IMG/VR virus record: IMGVR_UViG_3300032237_000427
Coordinates: 1 to 36,577 of that record
Reading direction: 5' to 3' (one strand)
DNA length: 36,577 bases
Source: a virus
Taxonomy: Duplodnaviria > Caudoviricetes
Shown here: in pieces, positions 8,550 to 17,147 of the stretch
Layout of the letters: each line of letters opens with the position of its first letter
How positions within the stretch are numbered: the stretch's first letter is position 1
Program-made: the position numbers and the translations under genes
The notes under the pieces: model-generated
The model's input: only the letters and a program-made list of their open reading frames with translations
Databases searched by the model: none
Told to the model about the DNA's origin: nothing

Positions 8550-9086
8550 CTAAGCTTGATAAGTGAACTGGTAAGTGTCCCCAGAATTCACACTATTCTT
8601 CGGTGTCAAACTAATCGTATACAGCGTTCCCGCATTGAAAGTGACACCAGAAATAGTGACAGTAGACGCACCATAAGTCCAAGTAGCAGAACCCGACTGT
8701 GTACCGCCATCCTTCACAGACCAATCAATAGACGCGCTACCCGATGAAGCCACACCACGCGAATAAGTACCCGTAGCAACCTTCACCACAATATTGCCAC
8801 CAACCACACTCGCAGACGGAACATTATCCGGAGTCAAGGTGTAACCCGCAGCCAACAACCAACCAGCAACCTGATCCGTGATGCCAACAGGTTCATGCCC
8901 GCCAAGAAACTGGTAGACAGCCCTATCGGTGGGCGGGTTGTAGTTTTCGGCAACTCTGCCATCAGACCACACGAAAACATTCGGTGCCTTTAAAGTTCCT
9001 CTGTAATATTTGAAAGGAACATCAGTGCGCTGCTTGCCCAAAGTGGGTGGATTGCGCAAACTCGTTGGTGGGGTAAAGGAAGGCAT
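8550..9086 (-). CDS. Virion-region protein, paralogue B
   Basis: Starts MPSFTPP, overlapping the upstream TGA; shares APNVF, GHEP.GI and PD.V with 9086..9601. Confidence 0.7.
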   Translation of the reverse strand: MPSFTPPTSLRNPPTLGKQRTDVPFKYYRGTLKAPNVFVWSDGRVAENYNPPTDRAVYQFLGGHEPVGITDQVAGWLLAAGYTLTPDNVPSASVVGGNIVVKVATGTYSRGVASSGSASIDWSVKDGGTQSGSATWTYGASTVTISGVTFNAGTLYTISLTPKNSVNSGDTYQFTYQA

Positions 9087-9601
9087 CAGGAACTCCATTC
9101 CACAACATAAGGATCAAGACTGAACGCATTATTGCGCAACACAACCTCAACACGATGCGGTCGAACAGAATCCAAAATGTATTGGAACCGAATCTCTTTA
9201 TCGGCAGGGAACCATTGAACCGGACGCTTCCTCACCACATTGTTTTCACACAACACAGTGAAATCAGCAAACGCCCCCAAATAGTCAGACACACCTCGCG
9301 CAAACGGCCCATCATTCACACCAACTGTAATAGTGAAACCAGACCCCAAAATTGGTGCTTTAATCTCATGCCACATCACACCATCAGGAATCAAACTGAA
9401 GCCATAATCAATCAACAATTTGGCTTCATCATTAGAAATCCCAGACGGTTCATGCCCAAACAAAAACGCCTTACTCACAGTATCCTCATGCGGGGAACCA
9501 CTCTCAACAATGGTTCCATCTTTCAACAAAAACACATTCGGTGCGCGATTAAACCTCAACCGAGGCGACTGCACCGACTTGTAAGGCGTAAAAGAAGGCA
9601 T
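9086..9601 (-). CDS. Virion-region protein, paralogue A
   Basis: Starts MPSFTPY; shares motifs with 8550..9086. Confidence 0.7.
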   Translation of the reverse strand: MPSFTPYKSVQSPRLRFNRAPNVFLLKDGTIVESGSPHEDTVSKAFLFGHEPSGISNDEAKLLIDYGFSLIPDGVMWHEIKAPILGSGFTITVGVNDGPFARGVSDYLGAFADFTVLCENNVVRKRPVQWFPADKEIRFQYILDSVRPHRVEVVLRNNAFSLDPYVVEWSS

Positions 9602-9897
9602 TACTTATTCTTATTCCTAGCACTAATAGCCGCAGCCTTCTTACGAGCATCAGCCTTACTGGACGCACCCCAAGCCTGAAGACTCAACAACAAACGAGTC
9701 GGCTCACCATTTGCTTTACGCTCCGGCCCAGGCATGTTCCCCATACGCGCCAAAAACGAGGCTCTACGAGGATTATCCCCCGATTTGACAGGAGCCTTAA
9801 GGTTCATGCCTTGCGCCCGCGCAGATGCCCTTCCTGCCGCATTTAGACCCCCTGTAGGACTCTTGCCTTCCTTGCGCTGCCATGCTGGAGTTTTCAT
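9601..9897 (-). CDS. DUF6321-like basic phage protein
   Basis: MKTPAWQRKEGK..GGLN..GRAS and RRASFLARM; AAGGA RBS. Confidence 0.8.
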   Translation of the reverse strand: MKTPAWQRKEGKSPTGGLNAAGRASARAQGMNLKAPVKSGDNPRRASFLARMGNMPGPERKANGEPTRLLLSLQAWGASSKADARKKAAAISARNKNK

Positions 9898-9916
9898 GTG
9901 TATTCCTTATCAATAT

Positions 9917-10825
9917 TTACTGCTGCCAACGAACAATGACATAGCCGACTGCACCGGCACCGCCGCTAGTTGATGAAAGGTTAGTGGTCGGGCGACCGCC
10001 ACCACCACCACCCGAACCGTATCCAGATGTGCTAGCAACAATAGTTGCCGATGATCCATTAACGGCACCTGTTCCACCATCGCCACCACCAGATGAACCA
10101 GTGCCACGAGTGCCAGTTGATAAGGCTCCGCCGCCGCCACCACCGGCTACAAGAATGGAACTACTGCCAGAAGTGATATTCAGTGCTACGCCAGATGTGC
10201 CGTCAGTCCAATAGAAGGTTTTACCGGCACCACCAGAACCAGAAGTGGTTGACGAGTTACTGCTACCTGCAGCGTTTGCGCCACCACCACCACCGCTAGT
10301 ACCACGAGTGCTAGCGCCACCACCAGCATTTGCGTAGCCAGTTCCACCGCTGCCGGCTGACGCGGTTCCACCCGTTCCTACTGATGTGCCGCCACTGGAA
10401 CCAGTAGGGTCGTTCAAATATGCGCCACCGGCACCCGAACCACCATTGTTACCGGCAGGGAAGTTACCGCCACCACCACCTGTAGCGGTTACAGATGCAC
10501 CAAAAGATGAGTTGCCACCATTGCCGCCTGCCGCACCAGATGTTCCCGCAGTACCGGCAGTGCCGACAGTCACAGAAACATTGCCACTGACACTGACCGC
10601 CGAGGCATACACGACACCACCAGCACCCCCACCGCCACCGGCATAATCAGTCGCGGGTGCAGTTGACTGGAAGTATCCGCCACAGCCACCACCACCACCA
10701 GCAACGACCAGCACTTCAACAGTTGAAACACCAGCTGGTTTCGTCCAAGTGCCACTAGCAGTGAACACTTGTGTAGTCCAAGAAAGCGTTGCTTGCGAAG
10801 CAATATTGATTGCTCGACGAGACAT
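9917..10825 (-). CDS. Glycine-rich tail-associated protein
   Basis: FTASGTWTKPAGV..VEVLVVAGGGGG at the start and GYVIVRW at the end. Confidence 0.8.
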   Translation of the reverse strand: MSRRAINIASQATLSWTTQVFTASGTWTKPAGVSTVEVLVVAGGGGGCGGYFQSTAPATDYAGGGGGAGGVVYASAVSVSGNVSVTVGTAGTAGTSGAAGGNGGNSSFGASVTATGGGGGNFPAGNNGGSGAGGAYLNDPTGSSGGTSVGTGGTASAGSGGTGYANAGGGASTRGTSGGGGGANAAGSSNSSTTSGSGGAGKTFYWTDGTSGVALNITSGSSSILVAGGGGGGALSTGTRGTGSSGGGDGGTGAVNGSSATIVASTSGYGSGGGGGGRPTTNLSSTSGGAGAVGYVIVRWQQ

Positions 10826-11940
10826 TACGCGAATGCCTTTCCAGCCAAGAAGCCATAAACATTGTCCGTGGCACCACTGGTTCGGTTCACAACCAAAGTC
10901 ACAATGTCAACAGAGTTAATTGCTGTGCTCAATGTTGGTGCTGTACCGCTAGCCCACTTAGGCACAGCGTTTGTTGCGCTGCCGTTGATTGTGGTTCCCG
11001 ACCATGTAATAGTGCGGCTACCTGCTGAAGCGTCTTGCTTCAAAATCAAAGTAATAGTCGTTGAACCCGCATTCGGCAGGTTCGTTAAAAGCAAGCCCGT
11101 GATGTTTCCCGCACCAAAAGTAACCGTGAAAGTTGTTCCAGTTGAACAATCCAAAGTGGTGGTTGTGCCAGCGCCCGCAGTGGTTGACACAATCGGTTCA
11201 ACAGCAATGATTCCGCCACCGGACACGACCCGTGTGATGACATTGCTGCTCGAATCCTGCCATTGTTGCAAATTGCCAGGTGTTGTTGCGTTGGCCTTGA
11301 CAATTGCTCCAATGGAAGATGCAGCTGCGTTAACCGTGATACCAGTGACTGATGTTGACGGCGTCACGGTTTGCGTAGAAGTGAAAGTGTTTGCTCCGGT
11401 AGTGGCAATGTTTGTGACTGCACCAGTTGATCCATTGACTGATAAAACACCAGTGTTAGCAATGGTGACCGCTGACGAACCGTCAAACGAAGTGCCCGAT
11501 AGTCCTGTGCTAATCGTCAGTGCGTTAGTCGTAGAGGCTTTGACCGTACCGGAACCGCCAAGGGTGATAGCCGTACCGTTCACTGTTACTGACGAAGCGG
11601 CCAACTTAGAAACCGCAATTGCTGCAGATGCAGAAACATCAGCATTCACAATTGCGCTGGATGACAAAACCCCTGAAGCATCAGAATGAACAATCCCCGT
11701 ACTAAACGGAGTGGTAATAGTTCCCGAAAAAGTAGGAGACGCAGCCGGGGCGCGGGAAGTATCCGTTGGATGCACATGGTCAGCGCGAGCCAATCGAACA
11801 GAAGAACCAGCCGAAACCGTTCCTAAAGGTTGAATTTCCCCAACAAGACCATAAACCGTTGATGCAAGTTTTGCAGGAGTTACTGAACCATCATCTAACC
11901 CGGAAGAAGGATTGTAAATGTAAATATCGGGCAGCATCAA
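10825..11940 (-). CDS. Tail fibre protein
   Basis: ARADHVHP, GVLSVNGSTGAV and a C-terminal LILKQD..GSRTITW...PTLST..VDIV module. Confidence 0.8.
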   Translation of the reverse strand: MMLPDIYIYNPSSGLDDGSVTPAKLASTVYGLVGEIQPLGTVSAGSSVRLARADHVHPTDTSRAPAASPTFSGTITTPFSTGIVHSDASGVLSSSAIVNADVSASAAIAVSKLAASSVTVNGTAITLGGSGTVKASTTNALTISTGLSGTSFDGSSAVTIANTGVLSVNGSTGAVTNIATTGANTFTSTQTVTPSTSVTGITVNAAASSIGAIVKANATTPGNLQQWQDSSSNVITRVVSGGGIIAVEPIVSTTAGAGTTTTLDCSTGTTFTVTFGAGNITGLLLTNLPNAGSTTITLILKQDASAGSRTITWSGTTINGSATNAVPKWASGTAPTLSTAINSVDIVTLVVNRTSGATDNVYGFLAGKAFA

Positions 11941-12200
11941 TACCCCTTAACAATAACATTCACCGCAAGAGAACCCGAAGCCATAACCCCATACAACTCC
12001 TCCCCCACAGTCATCTTCACCACAAATACTTGACCAGGAAGAAGTTTGTACCCATAATTCACAGTAGACAACTCACGGCCACCCAAATACACAGTCAAAG
12101 AAGCATCCTCATTTTGGACGCATACAGTTTGATCCGCTTTGCCTGCGCTAGAAACCAAAGTAGGGCTAGTTGTGACAACCGTTCGGCTGTGCGTAATCAT
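11937..12200 (-). CDS. Small virion/decoration-type protein, paralogue 2
   Basis: VQN.DAS..VYLG...GY.L...E.LYGV pattern shared with 12203..12475. Confidence 0.7.
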   Translation of the reverse strand: MITHSRTVVTTSPTLVSSAGKADQTVCVQNEDASLTVYLGGRELSTVNYGYKLLPGQVFVVKMTVGEELYGVMASGSLAVNVIVKGY

Positions 12201-12202
12201 GG

Positions 12203-12469
12203 TCAGCCCCTACGGACAGCAAAAACAGCAACCGTTCCTGTACCAGTAGACACCACACCATACAAAGACTCATTGTGGTCAAGTTGCACATTCGTCAAAG
12301 TACCTGCCGCAGCAACCTTAAAACCAGTAGAAGTAGTCACAGAAGAATTACCAATGAACACATCAGCGCTAGCGCTATCGTTACGCAACTGCACCTGCGA
12401 CTGACCGATAGATGTGTATAGCAAAGTCGCGGTGGAAGCAACTGTCACACTGCTAGTGACAACAGCCAT
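12203..12469 (-). CDS. Small virion/decoration-type protein, paralogue 1
   Basis: GGAG RBS; LRNDSAS..VFIG...GF.V...ESLYGV. Confidence 0.7.
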   Translation of the reverse strand: MAVVTSSVTVASTATLLYTSIGQSQVQLRNDSASADVFIGNSSVTTSTGFKVAAAGTLTNVQLDHNESLYGVVSTGTGTVAVFAVRRG

Positions 12470-12488
12470 AATCAAAACTCCAATCCTA

Positions 12489-12520
12489 AGATGGGGGCGG
12501 CAAGACTACCGCCCCCACCT
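12489..12520 (-). terminator. GC-rich hairpin, likely terminator
   Basis: Intergenic TGGGGGCGG/CCGCCCCCA stem; no U-tract. Confidence 0.6.
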
Positions 12521-12525
12521 GAATG

Positions 12526-12732
12526 TTACTTGCTTTTACGCTTCGGAGCCTTAGACATAGGGGGCATACCCGAAACCTTGTTCAAACGCGGATTAGCCTT
12601 ACGAGCAGCCGCACTTGACTTACGCGCACCGGCAGCAACAATCGCACCCGCCCGCTCCATCGAAATGCCCTGCTTCTTAGAGATTTCCTTCTGCACAGCA
12701 GCAAACCCACGATGGGCTTTCTTAGCAGCCAT
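12526..12732 (-). CDS. Small basic protein
   Basis: K/A/R-rich, GF.AVQ..I.KKQGIS.ERAGAI.A; TAATG coupling. Confidence 0.7.
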   Translation of the reverse strand: MAAKKAHRGFAAVQKEISKKQGISMERAGAIVAAGARKSSAAARKANPRLNKVSGMPPMSKAPKRKSK

Positions 12733-12926
12733 TATTGTTTCCCCTTATAGGTTTTGATTTCCTTACGCTGCATAGACGGAGACTCAGCAGTCTCATGCTT
12801 AGCCATAGCAGCCGCACTCTGATACGACTCACTAGTAGCCGACTCAAACACCGCTGCATGATTAGCAGACAACGAATCAAGCTTGTTACCAGCCAGGGCG
12901 TGACCCTGTGACGACTTAGAAGCCAT
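12732..12926 (-). CDS. Small hypothetical protein
   Basis: GGAG RBS then MASKSSQGH; coupled to the next gene. Confidence 0.55.
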   Translation of the reverse strand: MASKSSQGHALAGNKLDSLSANHAAVFESATSESYQSAAAMAKHETAESPSMQRKEIKTYKGKQ

Positions 12927-12946
12927 CTCAAACTCCAATCAGATTA

Positions 12947-12984
12947 GAGGAGGTGGGGCAGCCAATGACTGCCCCACCAACCTC
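12947..12984 (-). terminator. Hairpin after the capsid gene
   Basis: 10-bp stem GGTGGGGCAG/CTGCCCCACC immediately after the MCP stop. Confidence 0.65.
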
Positions 12985-12985
12985 A

Positions 12986-14299
12986 TCAGGCGGCGTTAGC
13001 GCCGATTGACGATACGGACTCGATACGACGGATAGCGGCCTGACGGAACACGGAGTAACCGACAAGGTGCTTCCAGCCCATACCTTCGAAACGACGCAGA
13101 GCGTCAGTGACAGGAACATCAACCATGACTGGCTGTTCACCGTAACCGCCACCAACAGAGAAGCCCTTAGCAAGAGCCTGACGGCCCATGAATAGGGTTC
13201 CGTACACATCGTTCGTTCCACCCTTGATGACCTTCACACCGGCAGTACCAGTGATGGAGGTTGAGGCAAGAGTGTTGCCCGGAAGCAGATCGAAGATGAG
13301 CGTGGTGCCAGTGGTACCTGCCTTAGCAACGAAGTCACCGTTGAGTGCTTCGTTACCGGAGACAAGGTTACCGGCGATGGAGAACTGTCCACCCACGGCG
13401 ATCGACGGGTCGGCCGCAAGGGTTGCGGTAACCGTAGTCACATTACCCGAAGTGGTGGAAGTGATGGACGAGATGGAAGTGGTTGCAGCCACAGCAGTTG
13501 CACCATTCGCACCAGCGTTAGTCCACAGTGGCGCACGCGGCGTTTCCATGAACTGCGCACCACCAAACACACCAACCACACCATTCCAAATACCCGACGG
13601 GTCGGAGTAGGCGTGCGGGTCAGCCCAGGAAGCAGTACCCGTGGTCTGGCGAAGGTCGTAGGAAACATCCGGGTGGATGAATGCCTTGTACAGACCATTG
13701 AAGGTCGGCACATTTGCGCTACGCAGAGCAGCCACCTGACGCAACACAGCGGCAGCAGTCAGAGTGTTAGAGGTGCCGAGGTTCGTGCGAACCTGCGAAC
13801 CAGTCGCATCGGTAGCGTTAACAAACGCAGCGTTCTTTGAAATACCCAGAGTGTTCTGGAAGTAGTTCTGACCAGCCTGCGCAGAGTTACGAGCAATACC
13901 ATCAACCGAAATACCGGCGTTAAAACCAAGCACATTCGCAATGATGGGGTTGACCTGCATGAACGCAACAGAACGCAACCGTGCAGAAGTCTGAACCGCG
14001 TTACCGTACTCAAGCAGAGAAACAGTAATCTGTGAATCATCCAGTGTAACTGGGTTGATGTCAACAGTTTCCGACAGCGCTGTAGTTGCCGCAGCAAGGT
14101 CATTGAAGATAGTGAACTTCAAAGTCGCGCCAGGGTTCGTAAGATCAGTTGCCTTCACTTCAGCAACAGAGTCGTAGTACAACTCCGGACGCAAAGCAAA
14201 GTAAGCCAACTTCTCATACGCAGTCTGAACGAGATCAAAGTTTGAAGTCGTCGTGTTCTGAATCGGCGCATAAGTGCCGAGACTTGTTTGAGTAGCCAT
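12986..14299 (-). CDS. Major capsid protein (N4-gp56-like) with an inserted domain
   Basis: LAYFALRPEL, V.L.EYGNAV, AFIHPDVSYDLR, G.FGG.QFMETPR, D.LRRF..GW; follows the scaffold gene. Confidence 0.9.
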   Translation of the reverse strand: MATQTSLGTYAPIQNTTTSNFDLVQTAYEKLAYFALRPELYYDSVAEVKATDLTNPGATLKFTIFNDLAAATTALSETVDINPVTLDDSQITVSLLEYGNAVQTSARLRSVAFMQVNPIIANVLGFNAGISVDGIARNSAQAGQNYFQNTLGISKNAAFVNATDATGSQVRTNLGTSNTLTAAAVLRQVAALRSANVPTFNGLYKAFIHPDVSYDLRQTTGTASWADPHAYSDPSGIWNGVVGVFGGAQFMETPRAPLWTNAGANGATAVAATTSISSITSTTSGNVTTVTATLAADPSIAVGGQFSIAGNLVSGNEALNGDFVAKAGTTGTTLIFDLLPGNTLASTSITGTAGVKVIKGGTNDVYGTLFMGRQALAKGFSVGGGYGEQPVMVDVPVTDALRRFEGMGWKHLVGYSVFRQAAIRRIESVSSIGANAA

Positions 14300-14316
14300 A
14301 GTCCCTTCTCAGGAAA

Positions 14317-14811
14317 TTAGGAGAGCGACTTCCACGAACCAGGCTGCGAGTAATCCAAAGACACCCCAGCCTTAGCCAGAATCTCGATAACCTGCTGCGG
14401 GGTTTCCGCAGCGGAAATCTCAGCCACATGATCCACCGGGTCATGCACCTGACCACCAGCCGCAGCGCTAGCGATACGGTTCATGGCAGCAAACTCCTCA
14501 GTAGGAATCTGCTGCTTAGGAGTCTCCAAGACCCCATACTCTGTAGCAGACGCGCGCACCGCATCAACCGTAAACTCACCATCGTAAGCCTTAGCAAAAA
14601 GCTTGCCCTGTGGCGAATCCAAGTCAATACCAGCCTTCAAGAAAGCCAGTTCGCGGCGTGCCTCATCAGCTTCAGCACGAACCCGTTCCGCATCCTTTGC
14701 CCGCTTTTCCAAATCCCGAATCCACTTACGGTCACGGTTTTGGGACGGCTCCGGTTGCTGCTCATCCGAGGTTTCGTAGTCGTCATTCTCGATTGAATTG
14801 TTATCAAGCAT
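14317..14811 (-). CDS. Capsid scaffolding protein
   Basis: Acidic N-terminus, coiled coil, RELAFLKAGID; directly upstream of MCP. Confidence 0.75.
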   Translation of the reverse strand: MLDNNSIENDDYETSDEQQPEPSQNRDRKWIRDLEKRAKDAERVRAEADEARRELAFLKAGIDLDSPQGKLFAKAYDGEFTVDAVRASATEYGVLETPKQQIPTEEFAAMNRIASAAAGGQVHDPVDHVAEISAAETPQQVIEILAKAGVSLDYSQPGSWKSLS

Positions 14812-14829
14812 TGGTTTCTCATTTCAGTT

Positions 14830-14990
14830 TCACACCCCGTCGAGAACACGGGATGGCCGGGTAGAAAAGGGTAATTCGTAGCAAGGCTACTGGAGTGAAT
14901 ACCGCGCTACCACGCGGGTCACTACCACAACGGACTTTCAGTTGGTCTAAACCACACCGTCCGGCAGGTGGCTACACACTTGCGGAACCA
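14830..14990 (-). ncRNA. Candidate structured leader RNA of the scaffold/capsid operon
   Basis: Consecutive stems on minus: CGGAC/GUCCG, CCGCG/CGCGG, GUAGC/GCUAC, CAUCCCGU/ACGGGGUG (G-U pair valid only on minus). Confidence 0.45.
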
Positions 14991-14998
14991 ACAAGTAC

Positions 14999-15009
14999 AC
15001 AATAGCACA
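14999..15009 (-). promoter_or_regulatory. Extended -10 promoter for the capsid operon
   Basis: TGTGC-TATTGT. Confidence 0.5.
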
Positions 15010-15044
15010 AACCCCCACAGAAGGAGGCGGACTGTGGGGGTTTG
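15008..15044 (-). terminator. 13-bp hairpin with anti-SD loop
   Basis: Stem CAAACCCCCACAG/CTGTGGGGGTTTG; minus-strand loop UCCGCCUCCUU. Confidence 0.65.
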
Positions 15045-15057
15045 CGGGAAAATACTA

Positions 15058-15990
15058 TCAGATGTTTGCTTGCGTTAAACCAACAACACCTTGTGCTGTC
15101 GCAGCCACCTGACCACCACCAGAATACTTAGCATTCTGACGCTTCTGTGCATCAAGCAACGCCTGTTGTGCCTGCACATCTGTAGCCTGCTGCAAACCTT
15201 GCGCGCTACTGGTTAACACATTAGCCAACTGGCTTTGCGACAAAGCCGCCTGTTCCCCGCCAACAGATTCCTTCGTCAAACCAATCAACTGCCCAGCCTG
15301 CTGCTGCAACAATGAAGCATTCACATCAGACGGAACAGACTGTTGCGCAACCTGCGCAGCCACCTCAGGAGTAAACCCAGCCACCTGTAGTGCAGCTTGG
15401 TTGAATTGGCGAACCACATCATTAGTCTTTTGGGCAGTAACTTCACGCGCACGATTCGGGTCAAGATAGAACGCTGTCAAATCGCCCTCTTGAATCCCAT
15501 ACTGTTGTTTCAACTGTTGACGCAAAGCATCATTAGACTGCAAAGCCGCCTGCTGCGCCATATCAATGCGAGTGGTGTACTCGTTAACGGAAACATCATT
15601 AGTAATCAGATTAACGAAATCCTGTGGATTGTCATAAAAACCGGCAGGCAACCCAGCCTGCTGCGCTTTCTTCGCATACTCCTGTTCAAGAGACAACTGG
15701 CCGCGCTCATCAATAGGTTGCATGAGAGTGAACTGACCCGACTGGGCAGCCTTCTTAATCAACTCATCACGCGCTATCTTCGCAGCAAAACGCGACCTAT
15801 AAGTAGGCTGTTGACGCAAATCCTCCATAGCCTTACTCGTATCAATGTCACCCTTATCGTTCTTAAACTGCGGGTCAGTCTGATACTTCACCACCGCTGT
15901 GGCAAGTTCACCCAAACCATACTGATCAAACAAAGCCTTCAAAACACTCAAAGAATCAGTAGACGAAGCAACAATCGTAGAATCAGCCAT
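15058..15990 (-). CDS. Putative internal virion (ejection) protein
   Basis: Q/A-rich, helical; Y..RFA, LP.GFYD and DVS..E...RI motifs; synteny. Confidence 0.6.
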   Translation of the reverse strand: MADSTIVASSTDSLSVLKALFDQYGLGELATAVVKYQTDPQFKNDKGDIDTSKAMEDLRQQPTYRSRFAAKIARDELIKKAAQSGQFTLMQPIDERGQLSLEQEYAKKAQQAGLPAGFYDNPQDFVNLITNDVSVNEYTTRIDMAQQAALQSNDALRQQLKQQYGIQEGDLTAFYLDPNRAREVTAQKTNDVVRQFNQAALQVAGFTPEVAAQVAQQSVPSDVNASLLQQQAGQLIGLTKESVGGEQAALSQSQLANVLTSSAQGLQQATDVQAQQALLDAQKRQNAKYSGGGQVAATAQGVVGLTQANI

Positions 15991-17147
15991 TACTTCACCA
16001 CTCCAAACATGCGCAAAATACTATTACCCAAATCATAAGCCTCATTCTTGGCGTTAGTCGTGCGCAACCATTCAGGCTTCTGCTTCACCTTATTCACAAA
16101 CTCATTCTCAGTCAACAACCGCTGACCAGACTCATCACTAGCCATAGCAGCAATATCGCCAATTTTCACTGCATCAGGATTCACTTCCATCAACGACGCA
16201 TACCGACTCAACAAAGGCGAAACCACCTGCTGAACCGTATTACCCGCATCAATTGCAGCCGCCATACCTGCACCAAACTTAGCCTTCGCCTGACCCTGCG
16301 CCTGCTGAACCAACGCATCCTCAGTCAAAGACCCCTTCATCAAATCCCGCACACTATTCAACACCTGCACAGGATCAGCAGCAATCCCATACTGCTGCAA
16401 AGTCTGATTCACCTTATCCTGCAAAGCACCAGCAGTACCACTCAAATCAGCTTGATTCTTTTCATGTGGCAACAAACCAGACATATATGAAGAAACCCAA
16501 GTGTTTTGGTCAAACCCACCGCTGCTCACAGTACCTGTGGAAGTAGTTTTCGTAATCCGTGGTGCTGCGCTAGCCGCGGCCAACAAAAACTTCTTAAAAG
16601 TTGTTAGTTCCTCTGCTGTTGGTGTTCGACCAAAAGATTGAGCAAAAGCATCCTTGCCAAGTTGAGTTGCTTGCGCATCAGTGTAACTAGACACATCTTT
16701 TCGAATTGGGGATGACTGTGTGTACTGCGCCAAAACAGCAAGATTGTTGGCATAGTTAGTCATCGGGTCAACCTTGCGACCCTTGCCGCCCTGGTAAATA
16801 TTTGCTGAATCCAAATAAATACGACGAATACCCGTGTAAACAGATTGCTTTGTTGGATTAGAACCAAACGCCCCAGAATTAAACAAAGACTGAAAAGTGT
16901 TTATGGCATCAGCATGATGTGGGTCATCAGCATTAAAAACGCTTTCCACAAAAGTATCAGCCAAAGACTTCACAGTCCCAGTCACCGCTTTGCCCTTAGC
17001 ATCCTGACCAAGCCACACAACCTTGGCATCATCAGCCGCACCAGTGTACATTCCACCAGCCGCTTGCAATGCTGCCTTAATATCATCAGAATTAAAAGCC
17101 GGAGGATTTTTAGGTGGATTTTGAGGTGGTCTTGGAGTTTGTGTCAC
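15990..17147 (-). CDS. Putative internal virion (ejection) protein
   Basis: FGRTPT..E and C-terminal W..T.NA.NE..DL...ILR.FG; synteny. Confidence 0.6.
   Translation of the reverse strand: MTQTPRPPQNPPKNPPAFNSDDIKAALQAAGGMYTGAADDAKVVWLGQDAKGKAVTGTVKSLADTFVESVFNADDPHHADAINTFQSLFNSGAFGSNPTKQSVYTGIRRIYLDSANIYQGGKGRKVDPMTNYANNLAVLAQYTQSSPIRKDVSSYTDAQATQLGKDAFAQSFGRTPTAEELTTFKKFLLAAASAAPRITKTTSTGTVSSGGFDQNTWVSSYMSGLLPHEKNQADLSGTAGALQDKVNQTLQQYGIAADPVQVLNSVRDLMKGSLTEDALVQQAQGQAKAKFGAGMAAAIDAGNTVQQVVSPLLSRYASLMEVNPDAVKIGDIAAMASDESGQRLLTENEFVNKVKQKPEWLRTTNAKNEAYDLGNSILRMFGVVK

Noticed and set aside
9950-10700. CCA/CCG-rich repeats
   Set aside because: Explained by poly-Gly codons of the glycine-rich protein.
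4113-11940. Diversity-generating retroelement or invertible fibre cassette
   Set aside because: No reverse transcriptase, invertase or near-identical template/variable repeat pair seen.
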